A DNA stretch of 56,610 bases, the filler included, from Sphacelaria rigidula (lineage: Eukaryota), in NCBI GenBank assembly GCA_964200075.2. It is 5 parts of 5 records of this genome, joined end to end, with 100 filler letters (N's around TTAATTAATTAA, not from the genome) between each part and the next. Parts side by side here need not be neighbours in the genome. Positions count along the whole stretch, not along the records: positions 22,687 to 33,928 come from CAXNAA020005182.1; positions 34,029 to 45,269 come from CAXNAA020005183.1; 3 more parts are not named here. One strand, written 5' to 3'. Made by a program: the position numbers and the translations under genes. Shown here in pieces: positions 23,591 through 36,753 of this stretch (the stretch's first letter is position 1; each line of letters opens with the position of its first letter). Below the pieces are notes generated by a model. The model did no database searches. It was not told the origin of the DNA and saw only the letters and a list, made by a program, of their open reading frames with translations.

Positions 23591-24793
23591 TTCTTCACGC
23601 CCTTACTACACATATATCGGGACAAGTAGCAACTGCCCGAAATTGTATGAGAATTTGTCTGAAAATCAAATAACCTCTCCACCCAGAGCAGTCGCGGCGA
23701 TCCCCTTAGCCCCTATTGCGTTCTGCGGCCATATCCTCTTGTACCGCGACCCCTTGGGTTCCGTTGACGTCTCTACAACTGTCGCAGAATAATGATATAT
23801 GAGAGATCGTTGTCGGTCTTTACCGTTGTGCCGTCAGGTATATGGCGTGTGATTACAGCTACACGTCGATATTCTACCCAGGGGTACCAAGGACCTCAGT
23901 GGCAAACTATAACAGAAAACATATCGGGTCCTCGCGGAGGGTTACTTCGGGACTGAAACAGACCAGCTAGACACCCAGATGGGGTCTGGTTTGTGTGCGG
24001 GGGATTTCTCCAGGCCGTGGTAAAAGGCGGTGCAGATGTTTTAGGTCCTTCGATGCTTTGCCGTGCGGTGGCGTGGAGGGTGATTTTCGAGTCGTCGACA
24101 GTGGGTGTAGTTCGGACAAGAGGGGGTGGAATATGGAAAACGGGGGTCAAACATAGTAGATGGCGGTGGGTCGCTCCACCCTGTTCTCGGACACAAGGAG
24201 GCGTCCTGCGCAGCCCTTGTTGCCCGCGGCACTGTTTGGCACTCATGGGCGCGCCCGAGAGTTCGTGAAAATCGATTCCCGTGCTCTGCCTAGGCGATGG
24301 TCGTGTTGCCTTCGGGTCAGGATTGGACTTAGATCGATTTGGGAGGAGCACGGGCAGCTTTTGCCACCACCCCAGTTTGGCTGGAAAGGGAGTGGAGCGA
24401 ACCACTTTTGTCTACAATATTTCCCTTGATGTTGTCTGAGAGTATCTTGTCTGAGGGTATCGGATACCCCTCGTTGAAAAGGTGAGGATGTGGGGACGTG
24501 AGTAGCAATAAATCTACTTCACAATCCACGCGGTGCGGGAGTGCTGTTTCAATCGGCGATACCAAAATGTAGGGCATAAACAGGTTAGAGATATTGGCTG
24601 ATTCCTCGAGATCACGGACTCGTCACGAGCCGTCGTTACGAGGAAGGGGGAGAATTAGGATTGCAAAAAAAAAAAAAAAAAGGATTCACGACATTTATCC
24701 ATCACAAACCAAATTTCACCACCACTGCACATGTGTCTGTCACGTGCATCCCGAACGCATCTCGTACTAAATCGTCCGAAATCACAGTCTTAC

Positions 24794-27700
24794 TCTGCGT
24801 GGTCCTGTTGCCGCTGCGTTGTACTGCTGTGCCAGAACGAGAACTTCGCAGAATGCTCTGTGCATGCGCTCCAAGCAAACCGCAAGCGGATCTCCTTCCG
24901 GCACCACTCTCCACCGGTACGATTGGTTACCTAGTGTTGAAAGAAGGTGGGAGACCACGAAAAGAGGCAGCGTAAGGTTGGCGTGTCCGCTCAAAGCACC
25001 ATGGAATTCGGAGAGTCTACGCTGCTGCTGCTGCTGCTGCACCCTAACGCAGACCGAGTCACACAGACTTGAGCCTTGGCCTGCTTCTCAATAGTCCACA
25101 GCCTTGGCCCACTTCTCAACACTCCACCCACCGTTGCGCACGCGAATACAATCATCACGTGGTCGACATTTTGGGGTCACAAGAACATGTACGAAGTGCA
25201 TTCAACTGATTAACAAGACACCCACCAACGTGACTGCTCTCATTCTCTCGTGAATCTCCAATCCCTGACGACACGGCAGTCCCTTGAATCTCTTCATTTC
25301 TGCTGTAGTTCGCTGCCTTCAACGACTCAGACATGGCCTGCTCAGCCTGCTCAGGTCCTCTTGTGAGATACTCCAGCCACACCCAACAAGCAGAGTAGTA
25401 CATGAGAGGAGGTGTCATGTCGAGTGCCTCGCCAGGTTGGTGTGACGCTCCGCCATTTGCCCCTGTGGAGCGGCACGGTCATGGAAATTCACCATCGAAT
25501 CTAAGCGCTCCAGCACTTATGGCATATGCAGCGTCACTCGTCACTCGATACACTGGCTGACTACACTCGTCGCGGGTCTTGTGCTTTGCATCAACCGTGC
25601 AATTCTGCGCATTGAGGTGGGAAGGGATCTCGGGCAGCTGCATCAAGCTGCATCAACCAGCGATACAATAAATATACCAGGGATCCAACAATATCGACAT
25701 ATCGTTCAACACCTCCCGGCGGTAGCATGCAGGAGGTCGAGTTTCCCCTTGGACAGGGAGCGGCAGGGATCTCACCTTGACGCAAGTCCGCCGATATCCG
25801 AGCAACATGCTCTGCCATCAGCCTTCGGGCAGTCATGAGCCGGGGGGGAGTGACTTCGGCAGCCTCCGCTGTTTCTGAACGCGAACCCTTGCCATCGCGC
25901 TACATTCCGGAGGAGAGAGTGGGAACGAGACAGCACCAAAGCTTCAAAAGCCGAAGTTATGCGCCATTTACAGCAAACAGCAAGCTGTGACACACGATGG
26001 GACACTGGCGTAGGCTCGACAGTGCGCGAACACCAACAGTCGAACCGGTAGTGCTACAGGACACAGGACACGCGCAATACCTTTGGCTTCTTTGTCTTGG
26101 TGCGCTTGAATGTGCCCTCGGCGAAACTGCACAGCACATGCAGTGCCATTTCCCTACTTCCTTTCGCCCCTGCGTCACGTTCGCGGAACAGATCAACGAT
26201 GGCTGCATCCGCGCAGGAGTCTCGGGGGCTGAGAGGCAGGCCAGCTCGGAGTCGAAAAGCGAGCCAGAAGAGCTCAGCAGACTGAGGTTTCTTGTCTGTG
26301 GGAAGGTCCTGGAACAGAATCCCCGGGTCGTACACGAGCACAAACGTTCCATCACACCATCAAACCATCAAACCACGTGTCACAAATGCCACAGTCGGGA
26401 AGCATACAACATTGTGAGTGCCCAAAAACGTTGTGCAATAGTATGGAGAGCAAGGACTTCGACACGCCTGTCGCGGAGCTGTTATATGTCCATGGCGCTG
26501 TTATACGGAGCGATTGCCCACCTGAACCATGGACAGCGCTTTCTCCGCCACTTTGATCGCTTCTTGTCGGCAGTCGAGGAGGGCAAGAAGTTGTACGTAC
26601 GAACACCAGAGTCGAAGGTCCGTAGCACTCGCTTGACTTGCCTGGAAAAAATATATCATGTCGCCACAAGTCAATCCACAGCATTACTACTCGTAGCCTG
26701 CTCCGACCAGGCTGGTAACGTCATGCAAGGTGAGCATATCTGTGTGCGACACAAACGCTCTATTGTAGTGCCAATCCAGCATCGAATTGTACCAAATACC
26801 TCAACGGGGGGTCTGCACCTATCCTGTGTACTGCATACAGTCAGTATTGATCGGGTTGCTTGTGTAAAGGGCGTGCAGCTGTATACACCCACCTCGAGAA
26901 GAGACTTGGCCACCTTACGCGCATCACGGCCGCGATCCATGTCATCATCATCGGGGGAATCTCTGCCTGCCACACACCAGATAACACGGGAAAATGTTTC
27001 ATGACAAACGTCTCACACGAGTAAATGTCACACGCAGCCATACGAGATTCGCACCCACACAAGTCATTTTTGTCCACGATATGATGACACCACGACACAG
27101 CTGGCCAAGGAAAGCAAGACAAAGTGTTTCCAGCTTACTTGCTAGGCGAGAAGTCGCTGCTGCCGCCAGCCAGCCTTCGAACACCATAAGCGCACACTGC
27201 AGCTGCACCAAGATATCCGCGTGCGTGCCCCGCACGCACGAGGTCGTCGTGGGCGCTCCAGGCTCGACAATCTCTGAGGGCAGCAACTCCGGGGAGCGGA
27301 TGAGGTGATGTAGCACATTCCGGAGGAATGATTGGCGGGACGGGTCACCGATGACATCATCTGTAAGTAGAAGGAACTGATCAGCGGCTAAGTTGATCGA
27401 CGGCGCAGGCAAAAAGGATGCAGGACGCCCGAAGCTTTTAGAGAAGCTCTCTCCGGACGTGAGTAGGTCGCCTCCACACGCCGTCCACACAGCTTGTAAC
27501 CCGTGTTCAACAGCTGCTACCAAGCTAACCGACCAGCCGCCATTGCCAAGTGAGCTTGCATGGACCGCGTCCGACAGCGCCCTTGGGGAATGTGAGCAGC
27601 ACGATCGAGGAAACGCAAGCCCGCCCGAGGAGAGAAGCATAGCCACAAGAATCCTGTCGTTGCAAGGAATCAAAAATGATATATACACGTGTGCAAGGGA

Positions 27701-30700
27701 CAAGAACAGAGAATTTGACGTGCACCGACCGAGCGCGCGAGATGGAGAGCGTTAAATGCTGCTGGCTGTACAACACAATACTAGTCGCCAAACAGCGCTA
27801 GAAGCAACAACGCAATTTCGACCGACTGCCGTGAACGACTGACAACGGGACTAGCGATACAATGTACTGCCACTCTATAGCGTAGCCATTGTCACTCACC
27901 GTAGCGAACAAGGCTGCGATACGTGAAAAAGCAATGGCTTCAGATCTTCCACGAACACCACGCGATCCGGCTGTTCCTCAGCCCCCTCGGGATCCACCAA
28001 CGCGCTGAGGTGACGGGCAAAGCACAAAAATTGCGGTGTGAGAAAGGAGACTCTGGAAGCTTGATCGGAGGCGTCCAGTCTAGCGGGCAAGGACTGGGTG
28101 ACACGTGGCAGTTGGAGCGAAAAAGTGGCCGTAGTTGTAACTAAAGATGAGCAGCATCTTCCGGGTGTTCTCCTCTTTTATCGTTTGTCATCGGACACTT
28201 ACCGCAATGGCTGCCACTCGCGTCGCGTCATGTCATCTTCCTGTTCGGCCCAGGTGCAGAACGGGTCTTGGTCGGACACATCTTCCAAAACAGCTGCTTC
28301 CTTTAACAGCTCCTCCTCCCGAGCCCGTTCTCCCTTGGTACGTCCGCGTCTACGAGTATCCGGTGCGTCCCCGCCTTGCATCTGGGTAAGTATCCGGCCA
28401 TACTCCAACCCTGAAACCGAGTCTACAGCATTTTGTACATCGATTCGGTAGCCGTGCCTGCACGGCAACGTCACAAGCGGGAGTACAGCGCCGAGGAGTC
28501 GGAGTGAGCTTGTAAGCACGAGAAACATGGCGTAACGCGCAGTAGTATGGGAACTGGAGTGAGCTTGTCGTATTTTTCACTCGCACCTTACGCTGTATGC
28601 TGTGCCCTGGGACTCGTCTACCCAAATGAGGCCCTCTGCATCCACTGCCGCCGCTTTTTTCTCGACCACCGAGCTAGACTCAGTGACTGGCCGTGACGCC
28701 TTAGATTTTCCCTTCACATTTGCAGGTGGGACAAAGTGTTGCTCGGGATTGGGTGCTGTCCCCGGTTCCTTAGGAATACCCTCCCGGCCAGGCGCTGGTG
28801 GTGTCTTCTTTGCGGTGTTGGCGTCGTGGACACTGGCATGGCCTTTTGATGGTATGGTGTCTATTTGACCTGAAGCAGCCAACGCAACGGCAGCGCGGTA
28901 GGCACTCTCCAAGACATCACTAGAACCATTCTCCGTTTTTGGCTCTACTCGATCCCTCCCACCCACATTCCCAGAGAGACTTGTGTCGGTAGGATCTCTC
29001 GTTTGCACCGCCCCGCCCCTTAATGATGACTCATCTCGCGCAAAGAAATCTACAGCCCGCTTGCGCTGTGGGCGGAGGCGAAGCGGCCGTTCGGCTGGAG
29101 GTGGTCGATGCCGCGCCAGCTGTCAAAACCACCGTTTTAGAGAGAAATGATGGATGTTAGAAGCGCATCGTGGGATTCAAGTGTAGCGTTATTGCACGCG
29201 AGACGGCGATTCCTACCCAATTATCCCTCGTGCATATTCGCCACGATTCATAGACGGCCTTTATTGATATCAGTTGTACCACCACCATCATTCGTGTTTT
29301 CAGTTGCATCAGGTGTTATCCATGATCCTCACCAGATTGGCCAGCTCAGGGTCGACCGTATCCTCAGGTGAAGTCACGCTTGAACTAGGAGCGGCTTGCG
29401 TTTTCAACCAGCGTGCAATTCCAGCGTGGGACGGGTGTGCATCGCCTATCCTCGGAGCTTCACTGTCCCAGTACTGTTCCAGGTCATTTACGGAAACAGA
29501 GCTGCTGTGAGACTGGATATTCAGTTCGAGCATAGCTTGCAGTGCCCCCAGAGCGCGCTCCCGGTACCTACGCGGAGAGACATGCCCAGCCGTGCAGCAA
29601 CGCTGTATCACCACGTGGGAAATGAGGCGGATTGTCGCGCAGTGTTCCCAAACGTGCGATATGTCCATAACATTGAGATACCATGGAGCGTGTTGCACGG
29701 CTCTACCGACGTGTCCATGAAGTGACAGCACGAGGGGAGCGCCAAAGGAGAAATACTATTTTTATGGTGAGTTCACCCCCCTACCCATCCCCGGTCAGAC
29801 CAGCTGCCAAAGATGGCAATTACTAATTTCGCACCCCGCGGCCCTCTCTTCAACGCAGTAACTCCACAATGCGTCCAGCATGCCCGCCTCAGCCTGAAGA
29901 GTTTCCTTGCAACCCTTCAGCATCGATTTGCCCTGCGGTTGTCAACAGTCAACGTTATTACGATCACCGTTGAGCAAGGGAAGATATTGATCATGTGAGC
30001 GACAGTACAAGCCGGTGTATTGATCTGTTGCGATTCGGATGAAGTGCATGATAGATGAAGTGTGTGATATATCAAAGGTGCTGAGGGTAGGGTACGACGG
30101 TGTACAAAGAAGCGTATTTTGGGGTGTCGATACCTTGTACTCTATAACATCGAGTATTTTTGGCTGTCAATACCCTGGCTGCTCTAGAGTAGTGGTTATT
30201 TTCTACAGTCGATGACCTGTATACCCTGGAAAAGGGAGGGAATTTGCCTTTTAATAACCCTGCGTACCCACTACTTGCACTCAGAACTAGGGGTAATGAG
30301 GTATTTCGGGAAGCTCCACTTCCTGTTCACTGTGCAGATCTTGTACAGCACAACAGTACACACTTTATAGAACAGACAAAATAGATTTGGTTCAACAGCT
30401 CAGGTCCTGAAAAATAGGTAATGTCTACTGTACTGGGGTGCTGTTCAATGCCTGTACTACTGACCGGCATGGTGCAAGTAATTACACCAGTAATTCTAAT
30501 TCTCCGCGCCCGTCAATCAGGTCCGTCGATCGCTAACGGTTGACCGGCAAAACATTTGAAGGTGCTACCGGTAGCGTACATAACCTGCGGCAATCTGAAT
30601 TTGAAGGGCATTTGAAGTACTACGTACTACAGGGGATGCAGGGTATCGACTGCCGCAGATACGAGTACCCAGGGTACCATCTGTGGAAAATGCTCAGTGT

Positions 30701-33682
30701 TCCAAGGTAGGTCGAGTATTGACAGCCGAAATCACTCAGTATTCTAGGACACAAGGGTATCTACAGCCGAAGATACCCAGTGTCCAAGGGTACCCAGGGT
30801 ACCAGTAGCCGAATTTACCGCTGATCTCAAGGTGCCTCAGGTATCCACCCCAACAATCTACAGCACAGCCGTTTAGGGCACTGCAGTGCACTGCGGTAGT
30901 ACTACAGAGGGTGTGTGCGTTTTTGAACGCCATCAGTTTATGTGCGTGTGAACACGCATGACTTCCTGCGCGGTGCGGCAGCACACGGCAGAACGGTACA
31001 GCAGTACTGGACAGCAATATACATTACAGTCAGTACAGTACGATAGCACCCGCCGTTCCCAGAAATATTGCGAAGTGCCGTATATATTATCGTCCAGTGT
31101 GGGGAATGTACCCTGGAATACCAAGTACTTTGGGGTGTAGACACCGTGGGCACTCCGGAATACTGAGTATTGTCGACAAACTATGCCCTGGGTACCCTGA
31201 AACTTTAAGCGTTTCGACAGTTGATACTTTGAGAGCCCTGTAATTCTAAGTATTTTCAGCAATGTGTGTCACAACGGGTATTTGGGGGGGCGGGTGCCCT
31301 AGGCATCCTGGGGAACACAGTACTTTCGACATGTGTTATCCTCGGTATCCTGGAATACAGCGTAATTTAGGCAGTCGACACCCCTGCGTACCCTGTAGTA
31401 CTGGGCACCTCAAAACCCCTGAAAATCTAGGGTATTGCGGAGTACGTATTCTACCCAAACCCCTCCAGTTTCTGCAACACTCACCATAATAAAAACTCCC
31501 TCCGCTCGTTCCTTCTTCTCGTGAGCTATGCTCGCCTGCTTTCCTTTGGATTCAAGGGCTCTAATACTCCGAGAGTAGAGACGTCTTTGACTGGAGGCAG
31601 AAAATGATGCAAAGTGCCCTGACTTGAATTTCAGGTAACGCAGCCACACCGTGGACGAGTACTCAGTCCTGAGTTGATCAGACAGCAGCACAAGGTAGTG
31701 CCTTTTCATCAACTTCAAGCGGTCAGCGGTAAGCGTTGTTGGACGCGTTCATGCACACCGCGGTGCATACATTAATTCAAGTGCGGACGACGGCAAGTTA
31801 TCCAACTTTCCACAATCACGAGGGTGGTCCATCTTAATCTGTCTCACTTGACAAGAGCCTTCCTCCACAGAGAATCAACGGCATCGTGTTCCTGTAGCTG
31901 CTCCGCCAATTGTAAGTGCGCCATCCTCAACACCACGCTGCCTGGATTCCGGTGCAGGGCGCCTTCCAGCACTGACGCCCGCTTCTCCAGGGTCATACGC
32001 ACTATAGCTGTCGACGGAGTTAAAACTGAAGTACCTGCCATGGTCGGCATACAACGAGGACACATCAGTGTACAGCGTAACATCTACACGAACACAGCCA
32101 AAGCTTCCAAAAACGCAATCGCTGGTTCTGAACGGGAAGGAGAACACGACGGTCGATCCATAGACAGAACCTGACCATTGCTATAGCGTGCACAATTGCG
32201 ATGATATCCATCGTCAAGAGTGGGCGTCTTCCCACACTCTGAAAAATGCACGCTGTTGTCACTCACTGCCGTGTAAAGCCCGCACTGCCTCGTCCTGAAA
32301 ATCAGCGTACTGCAGCCATAATTCCTCCGAATTTGGTTGTTCGCGAGTCGCCCGGTTGAATTCTTTCGTTCTTCTAGTCACCCACTGCTCTAGGCTTTCC
32401 GTGGAAAGCGTGCCGTTGTCGTCGCCACTTTCGTCGTCGTTTGAGTTGGCAATTTCTGCATCCTGGGATACCACGGTGTGATCTACGGGCAAAAATTCGG
32501 GACTATTCCTCGGCTCCTTGACCTCTGATGCTTCTCCCGAAGCGCCGGTATATTTGGCTTGAGCCGAAGCCTTCGCAGATGGTAAGGAAGCACTTGCGTG
32601 AGACCACAAACGCGCTTGGTCTCTCCGCTTCTGTCCTTTCCAAAGCTGCATCCTGGAGATATGCCCATCATCGTTGACACTTCGGACTTGGCTTGCAAAA
32701 TACCTTGCGGATTTGCCTGATGTCCTGTTTCGGGGAAGCTTGCCTGTCCTGCGTATATGGCACCCCCCCAAAAGCAATTGTCAGCTGAACCGGGACGCAC
32801 ATGCATTCCGGTGGCCATTTCTTCGCGCTGGTGACGCCCAGCCTTTCCGGAAAAACTTATCCGAAGGGAGCAACAAAAGTGCGTCACAGCAACATAGATA
32901 TTTGTCGTTTCTATTGTTTTTTGTTTCGCCCCAAAAGCGTGTTACTCACGGGGTTACCCACACTGCATGACGTCGGATGCGTGCGATCGGCCTGAGCCTC
33001 ACCTGTTGATGCTATGGTACACAGGTACATCCAGGCGGTAGAACCCTCCAAAGGTTAGATTGTCCGGGTCCCCTCGTCTGCAGCACAACAATACGGGGAA
33101 AACATTGTGGGTCATAGCCGTCTGGGGATGCCACATAGCCGTCGAATGTTGCAATTGCTCTGCGCAACAAAAGTAAGAACCTGAACACGCACAAAAAGCC
33201 AGCAGTAACCACTCGCCTGTCTTCGACGAATAGCTGATTGTCTGGCGGAGGCGAAGCCGTCGATCTCCTGGATGATGACTGCCGCCTCCTGCTATCTTCG
33301 CTGTTACTCCTGCTAGTGTAGTGCGCAAATGACACATTGAACGACTTTGAAAACGTCATCATACGCGCTCGATCGCCAAGTACTGTAGCATTGTCGTTCT
33401 CAACTGCAACACATCTCGATCATAGAACGAAAGCAGTATACCATCAAGCTACAGCACGAGCATCGTCGTGAGCGGACTCCTCAAAGTGGAGAGTGTCGCA
33501 CCGCCGCCTCATGCAAACAAATGAGATATCGACGTACTAAGTACAAGGCGACTTGAACCTGCTAGTCTTGTGGCGTCGCAGGGTATCGCGTCGGTTGCGT
33601 GATCCTTTCGACGACTTGCGAGTAGAGTCTCGATTTTGACGATGATGTCGAGATCCTTTGCGATCGTGTTCACGTTTACGAC
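24794..33682 (-). CDS. NRDE2: NRDE2 (nuclear exosome regulator / NRDE-2, HAT-repeat protein), multi-exon, both ends probably outside the contig
   Basis: Motifs FVEDRRGDPDNLTFG..YRLDVP, RTKEFNRATREQPNSEELWLQYADFQD, LEKRASVLEGAL..NP, AGYRERALGALQAMLELN, YWDSEAPRIGD, WQPLR, PDRVVFVEDLKPLLF. Inferred exons: 33682-33559 (uncertain), 33403-33217, 33077-33003, 32748-32267, 32034-31848, 31668-31485, 29932-29835, 29567-29333, 29119-28587, 28457-28203, 28004-27900, 27653-27139, 26966-26893, 26641-26522, 26308-26081, 25899-25776, 25462-25226, 24930-24794. Splice phases are consistent from 33403 onward. Confidence 0.92.
30100..31460. repeat. Foldback-like degenerate minisatellite arrays inside an NRDE2 intron
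   Basis: ~35-bp units (gtattttggggtgtcgataccctgggtac-like) forward at 30110-30260 and 31100-31440, inverted at 30630-30840. Confidence 0.6.
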
Positions 33683-33859
33683 CTACGCGGAAAGCATGGC
33701 ATTAACAACGAGCGTCACAGTGCAAAATGGCGACGTATAAGCCACTCTCCTTTTGATGCATTGGCCTGGATGTACAAAATGTAGAGGGTTGAATTGGGCT
33801 GGCTACCGTTGATGCTCAGGTACCGAGACATGGAGCTGTGCATCAACCTTGAAGTATAT

Positions 33860-33928
33860 GGTACCGGGCAGGGATGGGTTGATCCCTTGAGACTGTTAGA
33901 CCACGGACTCGTCCCGAGGAAGGGGAGG
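33860..33928 (+). repeat. Dispersed short repeat, possible SINE; other copies at ~41820-41900 and a fragment at ~24600-24650
   Basis: gatgggttgatcccttgagac..ccacggactc(g/a)tcccgaggaaggggagg; the 41.8-kb copy continues into B-box-like GGTTCGAA. Confidence 0.6.
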
Positions 33929-34028
33929 NNNNNNNNNNNNNNNNNNNNNNNNNNNNNNNNNNNNNNNNNNNNTTAATTAATTAANNNNNNNNNNNNNNNN
34001 NNNNNNNNNNNNNNNNNNNNNNNNNNNN
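33929..34028. other. Artificial contig-joining spacer
   Basis: 44N-TTAATTAATTAA-44N. Confidence 0.98.
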
Positions 34029-35214
34029 GCTTTTCGTCGTCTCATAACTGCCATGTGCTTACAGCTGCACGTTCACATCCTACCCAGGTGTATCGAGGGC
34101 CTCAGTGGCAAGCTACTACAGAGAGAATATTGGGCCTGGTGGAGGTGTATTTCGGAACTGAAACGGTTTATTCACTAACTGATCGCTTTTCACTCTTAAT
34201 CGTACCTTAAAGTCTCAATTTCACGAAAACGTTGTCAAGAGTAGTAGATTTTGCAAGAGTCCATCAATATTAAATAGAAATTACAAAGGCCGATTCCGAA
34301 GTTTGGGGTTGAACACTAAAATGGGGCTCAACCCAATCCGAAAAATCGAGAAATTACGCTCATCAGTTCCACCACGGAAACGCTCTTTCGCAAGAAGACT
34401 TGCTATTGCAGTTATGCCGGTGTGATTAGGTGCACCAAATGAATACGATGCACACGCGTGTCGATGACGATATCACCAGAGGAGCAACGGCGGAGAGGAA
34501 GCTCCTCGCCGGTGTCCTTTATGTGTCCTCGTTGGGCGATTCCCAATCGCTCCAGAGTTCGGCATCATGTTATAGTACCAGCACATAATACCTAGGTTGC
34601 CATGTGCGGGCAGACGGGGTACAGTCTTGTAGCGCAGCCGCAGAGGCAAGATCGCGGGATGCCCTGGTCGTCATCTCCTGTCTGTGGCGCTGACCAATAC
34701 AAAGACTGATTTCTCTCTGCCTCTCTGCTTGGACAGGAAGTGCCTCCATGTGAAGAAGAACACGTCGTCGAAAAGCAGGGTGATGTTCCCTTCACCACTA
34801 CCGTTCTCTCTCACACACATGCTAGCAAGGGCACCTGCTCCCTTGCGGCAAGATATAATAATCGGAAGCTGGGGGGTGCCATTGTAGTCGCCGATGTCAT
34901 CCGATGTCTACAAAACAACGACAACAGACGGTCTGCCACATCCCAGTTGGGGGGGAAGGAGGGCGTACTCATTCGTTGCTTGCCTTAGTCGTGTGACCGT
35001 TGACACGCATCCCTTTCGAGGCGGAGCACCGTTCCTACTCCTAATAGAGACACCTCCGGCATTCTGGCGCTCACTACGTCTCTTCCACAGCTCATTACGT
35101 TTCTTTCATACATTACACAAAACCTTTTACCTATCTTCTTATTCCCGTCCTGTTTCGCCGTCTCTGGCCACCGTTTACGGGTGGTTGAGAGAAGGGATCG
35201 GAAGGGTATATCAC

Positions 35215-35388
35215 GTGCTGAATCGGCATCGATTTCACCTGAAAAAGTATGCGTGATCCAGATGGACTACCCCCCTCGCGCTCTAAGGGTTAACCCCAAG
35301 ACTTAACCTTAGACCGCGGTCACCATACTTGTCCCAGTGAAATTCATGGCGATTCAGCAGGTGCCCTACCCTCGCGGTTGAATAAGGG
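35215..35388. mobile_element. Two piggyBac-like family B mini-elements (one partial, one inverted at 35307-35388)
   Basis: ...CTCGCGCTCTAAGGG|TTAA at 35289; TTAA|CCTTAGACCGCG...CTCGCGGTTGAATAAGGG|TTAA; internal gaatcggcatc motif in both orientations. Confidence 0.65.
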
Positions 35389-36753
35389 TTAACTAGCCTC
35401 GTTCCGCGAGTACTTTCGTAGGGTGCACGTTACGCTGTATTGTAGTGCTGAACGCTATTGCTGCTCTATCCCTATCTCTACACGTGTGACGACCAGTAGT
35501 GTATCCTTTGCTTGAACCAACAATCGATGATGCGACAACCGCCTGCTGGTGGGGGAAGAGCCTAGCTTGACCCTGAAACCCCGAGATCGCAACAGTACAA
35601 CAGTGCTCCACAACCCACCCGATCACAAAAGACCGACGCGCTGTGAGCTGTGCGTCCAGTTTTTGTGTCGATGCGGAGAGACTCGGGAACGATTTCCGGC
35701 GAGAAAGGGGCGTGGTCGTTGTGACGTCCGTGTACGGCAAATGAGCGGGAAAAGAGCCGAATGTGTGGGCGCCATGGTTGGAGTTGGCGTAGACTCCCTT
35801 ACGCGCGATGTGCCGCATCAGGTACAGTGTAGAGATCGATGGCCTAGCAAAGGTACGTTCTCGGCCGATCGGTGGCCCAGATAAGGTACGATTGAAAAGA
35901 ATTCCCGGATCAGGTATATCTTGGCGAAATTTGGCCTACAAAAGGTAAACGGTCTCTGGAGGCGAGACAATCGTTTTCGCGTGGCCATATCTCTCGAGTA
36001 ACATGTTTTTTTCCCGTCATCTTTGGAGGTCCGGGTGCCAATGGCCCCCCCGAATGATGTGCGTGAGAAATTTGGAGCGAAAACGGTCAAAATGGCGTGT
36101 TTGGCTGTCTTCGCGTTTCTGGCCATTTCTCGTACCTTTCTTTGGTGAAAAGCGACAAGGCAAACCTTTTCTGGGCCTTTGCTCTATTTTTTTATCGGAA
36201 CGAAAGGAAATTAATAGTGCTCAAAGCTGTGCGAAATGATATGTTTCTACACTAATGTTAGACGTGTAAACATCTCCAACATTAACTGCTCGAAGGGTTC
36301 CAAACAAGTGTTCACGGTCTCGCAACTTGCCGACAAGTTTTTCAGGAGTTATTCTCGAAATTTCGTTAGACTTCGCAGTTCCCATTGACGACACTGGGAG
36401 GAATACGCATGGAACATATCGATTTGGTCCGACAGGAGCTATTGCGAGTGGCTCTACGGTAGGATTGCACGACTTTTTTCGAGGCTCTGTACTTCAGGAG
36501 TCTCTCAATAGAAAATATTTGGGCCTCAGTTCGCAGCTTCAGAAGACTGTTGGAAGATATCGATGAATACGTCAATACCAAACTCAAAGAAAAACAGCCG
36601 CTTGAAATTTGGGATTTTCCGACGAAGTTATCTTGCACCAAACGTGCATGCTCGATAAACGGCGTCCCTCGGACTCCGAATTGACCAAGTTGACGAAATT
36701 TGCTGTGCCCAACACGCACTTGCGGAGGACATCGGGTGGGGCTACGCACAACG

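Noticed and set aside
25997..27004. 335-aa plus-strand ORF
   Set aside because: It is antisense to well-supported NRDE2 exons and has no recognisable domain.
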